Source: Eledone cirrhosa (taxonomy: Eukaryota). From it: 64,000 nt of DNA. Location: NCBI GenBank assembly GCA_964016885.1, contig OZ024741.1:558001-622000 (forward strand). Reading direction: 5' to 3'. Position numbers and translations under genes: made by a program. The number at the start of each line of letters is the position of its first letter. Position 1 is the first letter of the stretch. The notes beneath the pieces are model-generated. The model worked only from the letters and a program-made list of their open reading frames with translations, was not told the DNA's origin and searched no databases. Below, piece after piece: positions 26,277-38,370 of this stretch.

Positions 26277-27537
26277 CCCTTTAGCATTCGCATTAATTTT
26301 CAAATGTCATGCTTATCTGTTTGCATTATTTTCAGTTGCAGTATCGGTAGAGGGTTGGATGCCATCCTTTCTAGCATAGTTACGTCCCTTTACAGTCTCA
26401 GTTCAAAACCCGCCGAGGTTAACTTTGCCTTTCATCCTTATGGGGTCGATAAAATAAAGTACCAGTAATGTACTGGGTAATTGCTGGCCTTGTGCCTAAA
26501 GTAGAAACAATTATTTTCAGTTAATCATACTCAACAGGGCTATCAATTTTATTTGTTTGTAATTTTCTTAATTTTATATGTGCAGACTTGAAATTTTGTC
26601 AGTAGATGTTTAAATATCAATAATTTACAATTATATAATTTTTACCTGATTTTTGGGGTCAAATTTGACTTTTATGGGCAGGTGAAATTAATTAATAGGG
26701 GCATTTGAAGTATCAACCAGGTGCAAATACTGGTTTAATTTTAAATACGTTGTTTTCAGCATAATACTTGATATATAAGAATCACTAAACCTTATATCAG
26801 TGTTCCAGTAATTCCAGTCTTGGAAATTGTTTTATACCGAACATAATATTTATGGTAAAAAATGCTCGCATTTCCGCAGCATCTGTCGGTCGCCAAACAG
26901 ATCGGGTTTTCCTTGATTTGAAATCTGTTGTTGGGCATATCAATTAATCTCTTCTGCCACAACTTCGAAGAAAATTTGTGGTAAAAACAAAAAGAAATAA
27001 TCCAGTGCTTTAGCATCGGGAGCTAACGTGTGTTGTAGACCAGTAATTTGAATAAAATCGGGAACATATATTGGTGTGGTATTTTTCAACCATGTTGCTG
27101 AAATATTTTCAATGGCGCCCTGGGGTCTCCTTCATTTTCACTTTCCAAATAATCACCGTCGGACAAAATGTCAGAAATATAAACATCTGATTCATTTGAA
27201 GATAAATCACTAATATTACCTTTTGTTTCTTGTTCATTTTGAATGTCATCGTGTGTAAAACCTTCAAAGTCAGTATCACTACTTTCACAAGCCATGTTGA
27301 TACACACAAAAAATCTGTTGTACTTTCAACATTAAAAAAAACACGTGTTGTTTCACTATATTAAGTGTTCATTTTCATGGTAAGAGCCTTATCTTGCAGT
27401 GATCTTGAATTGACGAGATTTTGACATTATTGTTTATTTTTAGAACTATATTTTTTAGTGTGGGTGTTGTTGGCCGGTTTGAACAAATAAAGGGGAAATA
27501 ATTTTGGCTGGTTTTGGCCGTTTTGAACGCTAAAGGG
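26277..27537 (-). mobile_element. piggyBac-family internally deleted element
   Basis: TTAA TSDs; 13-bp TIRs CCCTTTAGCATTC / GAACGCTAAAGGG; minus strand has an acidic N-terminus (27086-27307) and an FFEVVAEEIN*YAQQ remnant. Confidence 0.88.
26338..26509 (+). mobile_element. SINE nested in the piggyBac, with a 13-bp TSD
   Basis: TSD attattttcagtt at 26325-26337 and 26510-26522; B-box-like cagttcaaaacc; central gcctttcatccttatggggtcgataaa. Confidence 0.85.
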
Positions 27538-27736
27538 TTAATGAAATACACTAATGTTTAATGAAATACACTGTAATGTTTAATGAAATATTTTTCTATC
27601 TTGTAATTAATGTTGTTTTATTTATTTGTTGTTTCTTTTCTCCCCACCAACACCGCATCTGGCACCATCACTACATCTGTTTCCAATACTACATCAACAA
27701 CTATCTCTGTCACTGATACCGGCACCACATCTGCAG

Positions 27737-27825
27737 GAGAATTTATGAAAAGCAATATTGTTACCACGGTGATAATACTCTCTGCAATGCTCTGGATACC
27801 ATTTAGTTGTCTCATCTCTCATTAT
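27737..27825 (+). CDS. ADAM17: ADAM17-like transmembrane exon (EFMKSNIVTTVIILSAMLWIPFSCLISHY)
   Basis: ctgcag acceptor and gtaagt donor; matches ADAM17 [28 protein letters not shown]; phase 1 in, phase 0 out. Confidence 0.88.
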
Positions 27826-28068
27826 GTAAGTATGGAACAGAAAAGAAACTGCAATTTGGCAGGGAGTCTTTTTCTAATCCTTTTTTTGCCTTATTTATAA
27901 TGAAAGACACTGCTAATACTTTTAATTGTAGTTAGTGAGTAATAGTATAATTAAACTTAGGCAAGTCTTGGGCAATACGACAATACTATACTATCTGTAT
28001 ACACTATACAAGCTGGACTTGGATATGTATAGACAGATCACTTCTATGAGGTCCTCAGACTACCTATA

Positions 28069-29575
28069 TAGAATTAATAATGAATATTGTGAAGAATTTA
28101 GTGTAAAAGTTGGCATTCATCAAGGCTCTGTCCTTAGCCCCCTCTTATTTATTATTGCCCTTCAGGCTATAACAGAGGAGTTCAAGACCAGCTGCCCATG
28201 GGAACTCCTATACGCAGATGATCTAACGCTCATAGCTGAATCAATGGCTGAACTAGAAAAGAAATTCCAAACATGGAAGCATGGCCTAGAATCAAAAGGC
28301 CTTAAAGTTAACTTGTCTAAGACTAAAGTCCTAGTTTGTAGAAAGGAAAATAAGGCACAGGTACCCTCAGGGAAATGGCCTTGCTCAGTATGTAGGAAAG
28401 GAGTAGGCATAAATCCAATTTTATGTCCCAAATGCAAAGTATGGGTACATAAAAGATGTAGTGGAATCACAGGTAAACTATCTAAGAACGTAGACTTTAT
28501 ATGTGGCCGATGCTCAGGTGCAATAGGTAGCAAGTGTCCACAGGATACTAGCCCCTTCTATTGCCCAGATGGTTCTATAGAAATAGTAGACACTTTTTGT
28601 TACCTGGGTGACAAAATCAGCAGTGGTGGAGGGTGTTCTGAAAGTACAGTAGCCAGAGTCAGAACGCGATGGAAAAAGTTCAGAGAGTTTATACCGCTGT
28701 TGGCCACAAAAGGTCTCTCTCTAAAAATGAAAGGCAGATTGTATGATGCTTGTATATGAACAGCAATGCTACATGGCAGTGAGTCATGGGCATTGTGTGC
28801 AGAGGACCTGCGTAGACTGGAAAGGAATGAAGCATGCATGCTCCGTTGGATGTGTAATAGTAATATACGTGAACGGCAAAGCATAAATGAACTAAGTGAG
28901 AAATTAGGAATAAGAGGGATCAGATGCTGTTTACTCGAGAGAAGACAACGTTGGTATGGCCACGTGATGCGCATGAAAGACGACAGCTGTATAAAAAAGT
29001 GCAGGGCGATCAAAATTGATGGTAGTTACGGAGTAGGTAGACGCAGATAAACCTGGGACGATCTGATAAATTCCGACCTTACACACTTGCACTTCTCTAA
29101 GACAATGTCACTGGACCGAGATCTTTGGCGCTACGCAGTAATACAGAAGCCCCACCTTGCCTATGTACAAAGCGAAACCTACAGTCAGTAGGCACCTCTT
29201 AACCAAATATATATCCCAATCCACTACGCCTACCCTATCCTCCCACTCCCACCAACACCACCCCTCTCTATAAAGTTGGTACTACAACATCCAGTCCAAA
29301 TAAATGAGATCGAGATCGTGTAGGCGTCACGAGAAAAAAACACACAGTCCACGTAATGTGGCCATGTAGGTAACACGGTAAAAAGTTCCCAGTTCCACAC
29401 TGTAAATGTGGTTGGTGTTAGGAAGGGCATCCAGCCGTAGAAAACCTGCCAGATAGTCCTATATGAGCGAGACACGGTCACCCGACCAACCTTGCCTCAA
29501 GTGGGACAACTCCCGTCTAACCCATGCTAGCATGGAAAGTGGACGTTAAACGAGGATGATGATGATGATGATGAT
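28069..29575 (+). mobile_element. RTE LINE 3' fragment
   Basis: HQGSVLSP, LLYADD, PHD-like finger, WYGHVMR, 3' UTR and (GAT)n tail. Confidence 0.92.
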
Positions 29576-29639
29576 ATATACATATATATATCATCATTGT
29601 GACCATTTTACAGCTTCGGCTTGTTCCCGTGGGAAATCA

Positions 29640-30575
29640 GGTTTTTTGTATTACTGTATGACGCCAGAGGTCACGGTCCTGTGTCATCACCGTTGAGAGG
29701 TGCAATTGGGCAAGGTCTGCTTTTATCACCTCATCCCAGTTCTTCCTGGGTCTCCTCACTCCACGGCTTCCATCAACTTTTAATGCTCCTGCACACAGCA
29801 TTTGATTCCTCTTATGCTTTGCTGTACGCGTATATTACTATTACACATCCATCGGAACATGCAGGCTTCATTTGTTTGAAATCTACGCAAGTCTTCTACA
29901 CACAGCGCCCAGGTCTCACTACCATGTAACATTGCTGGTCATACAGTCTGCCTTTCATTTTGAGGGTAAAGCCTTTTACAGCTAGCAATGGTAGTGGCTC
30001 CCTGAGCTTCTTTATATATATATATATGTTTACGTGTGTGTGTGAATATATATATATCATCATCGTTTTTATGTCCATTCTTCCACAATTCCATGGGTTG
30101 AACAGGTCTCAGCACAATATCTCTCATCACTTCTGTCATCTTCTCTGTGAGTCTCAGTGATTTGAGGTTTCACCATGTCTTACTTGGTCAACTTTTACTG
30201 CGACTTCCTTCCACTGGTACTTCTTCACCCATCGCTCATCATCCGTGCGCATCACATGTCCATACCAATGCAGTCTTCTCTCCTGCACACCACCACAGAC
30301 TCTTCTTAAATCAAGTTTCTCCCTCAATTCATCCTACCTCTGCCTTTCTCTCACATTTACTTTGCACAACCAATATAGCATGCCTTCTTCATTTGTTTCC
30401 TGTCTCCATATGTCCTCTGCAGTCACAGCCCATGTTTCACTACCATGCAGCACCACATGTCCTCTGCAGTCACAGCCCATATTTCACTACCATGCAGCAT
30501 CACACTTCACACACTCGCTTCATGCAGTCTTCCTTTTGTATTTAGGGAGAAACCTTTTGTTTTCAACAGTGGGAG
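29640..30575 (-). mobile_element. Two degenerate RTE 3' fragments
   Basis: The minus strand matches the KMKGRLYD / LHWYGHVM region of the other RTE copies; an (ATC)n tail lies near 30057. Confidence 0.75.
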
Positions 30576-30732
30576 TAGTTCTGTAATCTTATCCTTAACT
30601 TTTTCTTTTATATTTCCTTCTTTTATTTTTGTCCCTATCTTGTTCTTCCCTTTCTCTCTTTCCTTCCCCCCATACATCATCTTCTGTATCCACTAATATT
30701 ACTGTGTTATTTTCTTTTTCAATCTACAACAG

Positions 30733-30786
30733 GACAAAAAGCAGCGGAAATTAGAGTCTTCAGTGACTGAGTGGAACCACCCTGCG
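30733..30786 (+). CDS. ADAM17: ADAM17-like juxtamembrane cytoplasmic exon (DKKQRKLESSVTEWNHPA)
   Basis: aacag acceptor and gtaaat donor; DKK follows the TM as in ADAM17; phase 0. Confidence 0.78.
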
Positions 30787-30929
30787 GTAAATATTTCATT
30801 GCCATTATGCCATGTGCAATTTCACTTTAGAGAGAACTTCTTGATTTAAAGAATATTTCATTTCAAAGATGTCAAAAGATGTCCTTGCCACAATGATTTG
30901 TAAATTCTTCTATTTTCTTCTCTTTACAG

Positions 30930-31058
30930 AACACGTCATTCCAATCTACAAATACAGAAAAGAAACTATTTGCTTCAGAAAATATTCCGTCCCCTGAAAT
31001 TTCTATTTCAAGCCATTCTCGGTCAGCTAGCTCACCTGTACGAGAGACAACACTCTAG
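30930..31058 (+). CDS. ADAM17: ADAM17-like terminal coding exon (NTSFQ...SSPVRETTL*)
   Basis: Strong pyrimidine tract plus cag; open 42-codon frame ending in TAG; ETTL terminus resembles a PDZ-binding motif (human ADAM17 ends ETEC). Confidence 0.72.
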   Translation, partial: NTSFQSTNTEKKLFASENIPSPEISISSHSRSASSPVRETTL

Positions 31059-31348
31059 TGTCTATGTCTCTTACTTACCACCGTGCTGCTTCATGTATTT
31101 CACACTTAGCCTCTTATTTTAAAGAATATCTTCCTCTAAAGGATTTCTCTTAAATACAAAATTGCAAGATAAAATATACACACATACAGTGACATACAGT
31201 GATTGACATACACATATGCACACACACACATACATACACACTGCTTGCTTTTGTTGTTGATTTAATTCAATAATGAGCCACTCAGTTGTGGATATTTTGA
31301 TAACATTACAACTCAATCTTTGGTTACAAATATTTTTGGCAGAAGAGA

Positions 31349-31948
31349 CATACCTGCAACCCCTCTCTCCTAAAGTGGGACTGTCCCAGTGAACATCTTA
31401 TAGCAATGTCTCCTCCATACCTGCAACCTCCCTCTCCTAAAGTGGGACTGTCCCAGTGAACATCTTATAGCAATGTCTCCTCCATACCTGCAACCTCCCT
31501 CTCCTAAAGTGGGACTGTCCCAGTGAACATCTTATAGCAATGTCTCCTCCATACCTGCAACCCCCCACTCCTAAAGTGGGACTGTCCCAGTGAACATCTT
31601 ATAGCAATGTCTCCTCCATACCTGCAACCTCCCCCTCCTAAAGTGGGACTGTCCCAGTGAACATCTTATAGCAATGTCTCCTCCATACCTGCAACCCCCC
31701 ACTCCTAAAGTGGGACTGTCCCAGTGAACATCTTATAGCAATGTCTCCTCCATACCTGCAACCTCCCTCTCCTAAAGTGTGACTGTCCCAGTGAACATCT
31801 TATAGCAATGTCTCCTCCATACCTGCAACCTCCCTCTCCTAAAGTGGGACTGTCCCAGTGAACATCTTATAGCAATGTCTCCTCCATACCTGCAACCTCC
31901 CTCTCCTAAAGTGGGACTGTCCCAGTGAACATTTTATAGCAATGTCTC
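31349..31948. repeat. 67-bp tandem repeat, ~9 copies
   Basis: Period 67 (atacctgcaac at 31417, 31484, 31551 ...). Confidence 0.95.
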
Positions 31949-32057
31949 CCATTCTTGACAGGTTGATGGTGTTCCACTGAAAGTTATCTTTATTGAAAAG
32001 TCATTGGTAAATAATTTCATAATAATGGAAAAAAAGGGGGAAGAGGAATGGTCAGGC

Positions 32058-32358
32058 TCTGTACCCATATCTTGGTGGTATGTCTCCACTGTCCCCTGTA
32101 CCCCTATCTTGGTGGTATGTCTCTGCTGTCCCCTGTACCCCTATCTTGGTTGTATGTCTCTGCTGTCCCCTGTACCCCTATCTGGGTGGTATGTCTCCAC
32201 TGTCCCCTGTACTCCTATCTTGGTGGTATGTCTCTGCTGTCCCCTGTACCCCTATCTTGGTGGTATGTCACTGCTGTGCCCTGTACCCCTACCTTGGTGG
32301 TATGTCTCCACTGTCCCCTGTACACCTATCTTGGTGGTATGTCACTGCTGTGCCCTGT
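32058..32358. repeat. 37-bp tandem repeat, ~8 copies
   Basis: Unit ctgtacccctatcttggtggtatgtctctgctgtccc. Confidence 0.93.
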
Positions 32359-32902
32359 GGACAAGATGGCAAATGCATTGCTGTGCCGAACAGCCAGTAA
32401 TACCTGCTGCTCATTGGTCTTTTAAGTGCTTTGTTGATCCTCCTGGCAGTATGCATGTATATCAAACTACACACAGTCTCTCTCACCAGTGTTATCAGAC
32501 TGCTGTTTTCTGAGACTTCATGTCATACTTTCACCAAGCTTATTTTCTTATTTCTTTCTTCATTAAGAAATGTTACACACAATTAGGTATGTCTATCAGC
32601 CTGTGTGTGTGTTTCTATGTATGCATGTAGTGTAGTAGACTTAATCCATTACTCGTTTAACACTATCATTTAAGCTTTCAATGCTTTTAGCCGTGTCCAC
32701 ACAGTTGCAAGCATTCATGCCAGTTATTCAATGTGAGGAGACCTTACTCCATGCCTACCATCAAAAGTATCATCTGCACTCTTCATCCTTTTTGGCTAAG
32801 TGATACACAAAAATGTGTGTGTGTCTGCAAATGTATGTTTGCATATACATGTCATGTATGTGCATGTATTTGTGTGCTTGTTAACCATTTACCATATACA
32901 TT

Positions 32903-33645
32903 ATGTATGATGCGTGTATCCGAACAGCGATGTTGCATGGTAGTGAGACCTGGGCGCTGAAGGTGGAAGACTTACGTAGATTAGAGAGAAACGAAGCCTG
33001 CATGCTCCGATGGATGTGTAACAGTAATATACGTGAACGACAAAGCATAAATGAATTGAGAGAGAGACTGAGCATAAGAGGAATCAAATGCTGTGTGCAG
33101 GAGAGGCGGTTGCACTGGTATGGACATGTGATGCGTATGAAGGATGACAGCTGCATAAAAAGGTGCAGAGCACTAGAAGTTGATGGAAACCGCGGAGTGA
33201 GGAGACCCAAGATGACCTGGGATGAGGTGATAAAAGCCGACCTTACTCAACTACACCTCTCAAAGACAATGACACACGACCGTGACTTCTGGCGTCACGC
33301 AGTAATACAGAGTACCCGACCTCCCATGGGTACATGCTGAAGCATATAAACAATATGCCCCCACACCCCCCACCGCAAGGTGGTCGTGGAGGTGCCACGG
33401 CAAAAAAGCACCCAGCCCACACTGTAAAGTGGACGTGTAGGCGCCACGAAAAAGCACCCAGCACTCACTGTAAATGAGGTTGGTGTTAGGAAGGGCATCC
33501 AGCTGTAGAAATCAAGCCAGATCAGTTCCTGTATGAGCAAGGCATGGTCAGCCGACCAGACACTGCACACAACAGGACAACCCGTCTAACCCATGCTAGC
33601 GTGGAAGAACGGATGTAAAACAGTGATGATGATGATGATGATGAT
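32903..33645 (+). mobile_element. RTE LINE 3' fragment (family B)
   Basis: Near-identical to 8349-9097. Confidence 0.92.
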
Positions 33646-33753
33646 TACTCTATATATATTATTCTATTCATGTGAACTTAATAGTATAAGCCCAGTGCTT
33701 ATACCATTAAGTTCACATAAAGATATGTCACTATCTTAACACCAAATATTATA

Positions 33754-33810
33754 TTTTATCTGACGAGAGCGTACTTAAATATTAGTACCCTTGAAATGCG
33801 TATAATAAAA
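33754..33810 (+). ncRNA. Minimal type I hammerhead ribozyme (family H3)
   Basis: uuuuau-CUGACGA-gag c guacu (loop) aguac c cuu-GAAA-u gcgu a-UA|auaaaa; a 22-bp-arm hairpin lies upstream at about 33669-33718. Confidence 0.75.
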
Positions 33811-33929
33811 TAAATATGGTTTTATAAAGATATTTTCCATTTATTAATATTCTTAATATATGAATATATATATATATATATATACATATGGAGCTGACCT
33901 CAGGTTGTTGAAGCTCACAGAGAAGATGA

Positions 33930-36568
33930 CCACGTTTACATTGTGTACTGGGAGGTTTTTACCGTGTTACCTACACGGCCACATTACAGCGTGGACTGTG
34001 TGTTTTTTTGTCGTGACACCTACACGACCTCATTTGTTTCGGACTGGATGTTGTGGTACCAACATAACTTCACATTTAAGGGGGTGGTGTGGATGGGCTG
34101 GGGGTAGTGGGACAGGGGTGTATTTTGTTAGAGGTGCCTACTGACTGTAGTAGGTTTCGCTTTGTACTTAGGCAAGGCGGGTCTTCTGTATTACTGCGTA
34201 GCGCCAAAGATCTCGGTCCAGTGACATTGTCTTGGAGAGGTGTAAGTGTGTGAGGTCGGAATTTATCAAGTCGTCCCAGGTTTTTCTGGGGCTGCCTACT
34301 CCGTGGCTACCGTCTATTTTTATCAGCCTGCACTTTTTTATACAGCTGTCGTCTTTCATGCGCATCACGTGACCATACCAACGTAGTCTTCTCTTGAGTA
34401 AACAACATCTGATCCCTCTTATTCCTAATTTCTCCCTTAGTTCGTTTATGCTTTGCCGTTCACGTAGATTACTATTACACATCCAGCGGAGCATGCAAGT
34501 TTCGTTTCTCTCCAGTCTGCGTATATCCTCTGCACACAATGCCCAGGTCTCACTGCCATGTAACATTGCTGTTCGTATGCAGGCATCATACAGCCTGCCT
34601 TTCATTTTTAGAGAGAACCCTTTAGCGGCCAATAGTGGTATAAGCCCTCTGAACATTTTCCATCCCGTTCTGACTCTAGCTACTGTACTTTCAGAGCACC
34701 CTCCCCCACTGCTGATTTTGTCACCCAGGTAACGGAAGCTGTCCACTATTTCTATAGAACCATCTGTGCAATGGAATGAGCTAGTATTCTGTGTGCACTT
34801 GCTGCTACTTATTGCACCAGAGCACTGGCCACATATAAAATCTATATTCTTAGTTAGCTTACCTGTGATCCCACTGCATCTTTTATGCACCCATACTTTG
34901 CATTTGGGACATAACATGGAGTTTCTGCCTACTCCTTTCCTACACACTGAGCATGGCCATTTCCCAGATGGGACCGGTGCCCTATTTTCCTTCCTACAAA
35001 CTAGAACTTTAGTCTTAGTCAAGTTAACTTTAAGGCCTTTTGATTCTAGGCCATGCTTCCATGTTTGGAATTTCTTCTCTAGTTCCGCCATTGATTCAGC
35101 TATGAGCATTAGATCATCTGCATATAGGAGTTCCCATGGGCAGCCGGTCTTGAACTCCTCTGTTATAGCCTGAGGGGCAATAATAAATAGTAGGGGGCTA
35201 AGAACGGAGCCCTGATGAACACCAACTTTTACTCTAAACTCTTCACTATATTCGTTGTTAATTCTAACCTTGCTGACTGTTTCTTTATACATGGCTTGTA
35301 TAGCTCTCACAAGCCATTCATCAACACCTAGTTTTCTAAGGGCCCACCAGATAATCGAGCAGGGTACTCTGTCAAAGGCTTTCTCCAAGTCAACAAAGAC
35401 TAAGTATAGGGGTTTACTTTTAGCTAGGTACTTCTCCTGTAGTTGTCGTACAATGAAGAGAGCGTCTGTTGTACTTTTACCTGACACAAACCTGAATTGC
35501 ATTTCGTCTAGATCAATTCGCTCTCTGATTAGTTGCGCTATTACTTTTTCTGTGACCTTCATGACCTGGTCAATTAATTTAATGCCTATATAGTTTCCCC
35601 TATCTAGGGCATCACCTTTACCCTTGTAGCAGTTAATGATGCTGCTGCTGCGCCAGTCCTTCAGAACGACCCCATTCTGTATGACTTGGTTTACTATCCG
35701 AGTGACCATAATGTGTCCCACCGTTCCAGATGCTTTCAGCATTTCAGCAACAATTTCCGAAGGCCCGGCCGCCTTGCCCGTCTTCATGTCTTTGATCTCC
35801 TTACTTATTATACTACCTTCAACTTGCACTGCTGGTCCCTCTATTGGGTCGATGTGGGGGAGACTGTCTTTCTCCCAATTATTCTCCTCATTTAGTAGCC
35901 TTTCGTAGTGACACTTCCAAGCTACCTTCTTATCAGCGTCAGTGATGGCAAGTACACCGTCATCATTAAAGACACACTTCTCCCTGACAATATCACTGTT
36001 TTCCTTGACACATTACCTAGGAATCCTGAACACCTCACGTTTTTGGTCCTCGCGTTGTGGAACATGCTTGAACTTTCTTTCCTCTGCTTCCCTTCTTGCG
36101 AAGTACACTTGTCTCCTAGCTTCCCTCCTTGCCACTTGATAGTCTTCTCTACTTCCCCCATCCTACCATGCTTTCCAAGCCTGCTTTTTGGCCTTGATTG
36201 ACCCCTCCACCTTACTGTTCCACCACCAAGTTACTCTCCTCCTGCTTATAGGCCTGCTCCAGCCACATCTGTCGCCTTCAGCAGGTTAGCTTTCAGGAAT
36301 TCCCACTGTTCCTCTATATTGTACGACTCTAATTGCTCTTCCTTACTATCAAAAGCATCAAGTAATATGCTTTTAAATTTATTACTGGTTGTGGAGTCCT
36401 TTAGCTTCCATATTTTTCTCCTGAGGATAGTCCTCCTCTGTTGTCAAGTACGTCTCGTCCTGACTATGAGGTCGCTAATTATGAGTCTATGTTGAGAGGT
36501 GCATTCTTCATGGGGGAGGGATTTAGTGTTTACAACAGACACTCTGTCACATCTCCTGGTAAGGATAT
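33930..36568 (-). mobile_element. RTE LINE, 5'-truncated; 553-aa open RT segment at 34168-35829
   Basis: VFVDLEKAFD, HQGSVLSP, LLYADD, PHD-like finger and RRLRWYGHVM. Confidence 0.93.
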
Positions 36569-36596
36569 TTCTCACATATATATATATACATACATA

Positions 36597-36628
<32 letters not shown>

Positions 36629-36650
36629 CATATATATATATATACATACA

Positions 36651-36692
<42 letters not shown>

Positions 36693-36851
36693 CATACATA
36701 TATATATATACATATATATACATACATATACATATATATACATACATATATATATATACATACATATATATATATACATATATATACATACATATACATA
36801 TATATACATACATATACATATATACATATATATATATACATATATATATAC

Positions 36852-37203
36852 ATCATCATCATCATCATCATCATCACCGTTTTACGTCCGTTCTTCCACG
36901 CTAGCATGGGTCAGACGGGTTGTCCTGTTGTGGGCAGTGTCTGGTCGGCTGACCATGCCTTGCTCATACAGGAACTGATCTGGCTTGATTTCTACAGCTG
37001 GATGCCCTTCCTAACACCAACCTCATTTACAGTGAGTGCTGGGTGCTTTTTCGTGGCGCCTACACGTCCACTTTACAGTGTGGGCTGGGTGCTTTTTTGC
37101 CGTGGCACCTCCACGACCACCTTGCAGTGGGGGGGCATATTGTTTATATGCTTCAGCATGTACCCATGGGAGGTCGGGTACCCTGTATTACTGCGTGACG
37201 CCA
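36852..37203 (-). mobile_element. RTE family B 3' end
   Basis: Reverse complement of about 33290-33640 with an (ATC)n tail. Confidence 0.9.
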
Positions 37204-37206
37204 GTA

Positions 37207-38131
37207 ATAAAAAATTTATATCTAGTAACATTTATATACATACAGATGCATATCAATGCTAGCAAATATATAGGTTTTGTCTTAGTAACATTATGGTTCA
37301 ATGCATGGGGTTGCAGAACAATAATATGAGAGACGTAAGATAAGAAAATTATAAAATTATAAAAAAATTATAAAATTGACTTACTTACTAAAATATCACT
37401 TCCATAATAATTTTATAATTTTAAAATATCACTTCCATTATAATTTTATAATTTTCTTATCTTACGTCTCTCATATTATTGTTCTGCAACCCCATGCATT
37501 GAACCACAATGTTACTAAGACAAAACCTATATATTTGCTAGCATTGATATGCATCTGTATGTATATAAATGTTACTAGATATAAATTCTTTATAATTATC
37601 TCCAATTCATTTGTCGAGCAATATTGGCCATGACTGCTGGTATAGTAGTAGGTAAGCCGCTGTCTTATTAACAACTCGCTTTCCACTGATTGACCTCGAT
37701 GTCACGTGATTGATTCTTTTTGAATTTGCCACGGACGTAGAGACAGTAATTTTCTCAATGGCTAGGATTTCAGTCCACGCTTCGCTATTTCCAGTCCAAT
37801 GAATTATATTTTTAATAAGTTTCCAGAGTCCTCGCTATGCCTCGAAACTTACATGAAAAGAGACTTTCCTGACGACGGAATGCTTTTCAATATGTTCTTC
37901 GGAAAATATATTTACTCCATTCCAGAAACTAATTAGTTGGAAGTGATATTTTAGTAAGTCAATTTTATAATTTTTTTATAATTTTATAATTTTCTTATCT
38001 TACGTCTCTCATATTATTGTTCTGCAACCCCATGCATTGAACCACAATGTTACTAAGACAAAACCTATATATTTGCTAGCATTGATATGCATCTGTATGT
38101 ATATAAATGTTACTAGATATAAATTCTTTAT
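37207..38131 (+). mobile_element. Non-coding Penelope/retrozyme-like element: inverted repeat + direct repeats + hammerhead
   Basis: 37207-37404 is the inverse of 37938-38131; about 37440-37593 is a direct copy; hammerhead at 37863-37944. Confidence 0.8.
37863..37944 (+). ncRNA. Type I hammerhead ribozyme (family H4) with palindromic stem III
   Basis: acuuuc-CUGACGA-c ggaaug...(cUUCGg)...cauucc a-GAAA-cuaauuag-UU|ggaagu. Confidence 0.82.
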
Positions 38132-38338
38132 ATATATATGTATATATATATATATGTATATATATATGTATATATATATATATGTATATATATATATGTA
38201 TGTATATATATGTATATGTATGTATATATATGTATATATATATATATGTATGTATATATATATATATATGTATGTATATATATGTATATGTATGTATATA
38301 TATGTATATATATATATGTATGTATATATATATATATG

Positions 38339-38370
<32 letters not shown>

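Larger units (their letters stand above)
17547..27590. repeat. 22-bp satellite (gaaatacagtgtaatgtttaat, with 20-bp variants) interrupted by three transposons
   Basis: Arrays at 17547-17824, 24494-24647, 25302-26276 and 27538-27590. Confidence 0.93.

Noticed and set aside
27610-27736. Thr/Ser-rich mucin-like extension in frame with the TM exon
   Set aside because: No upstream AG acceptor exists to include it; treated as intron.
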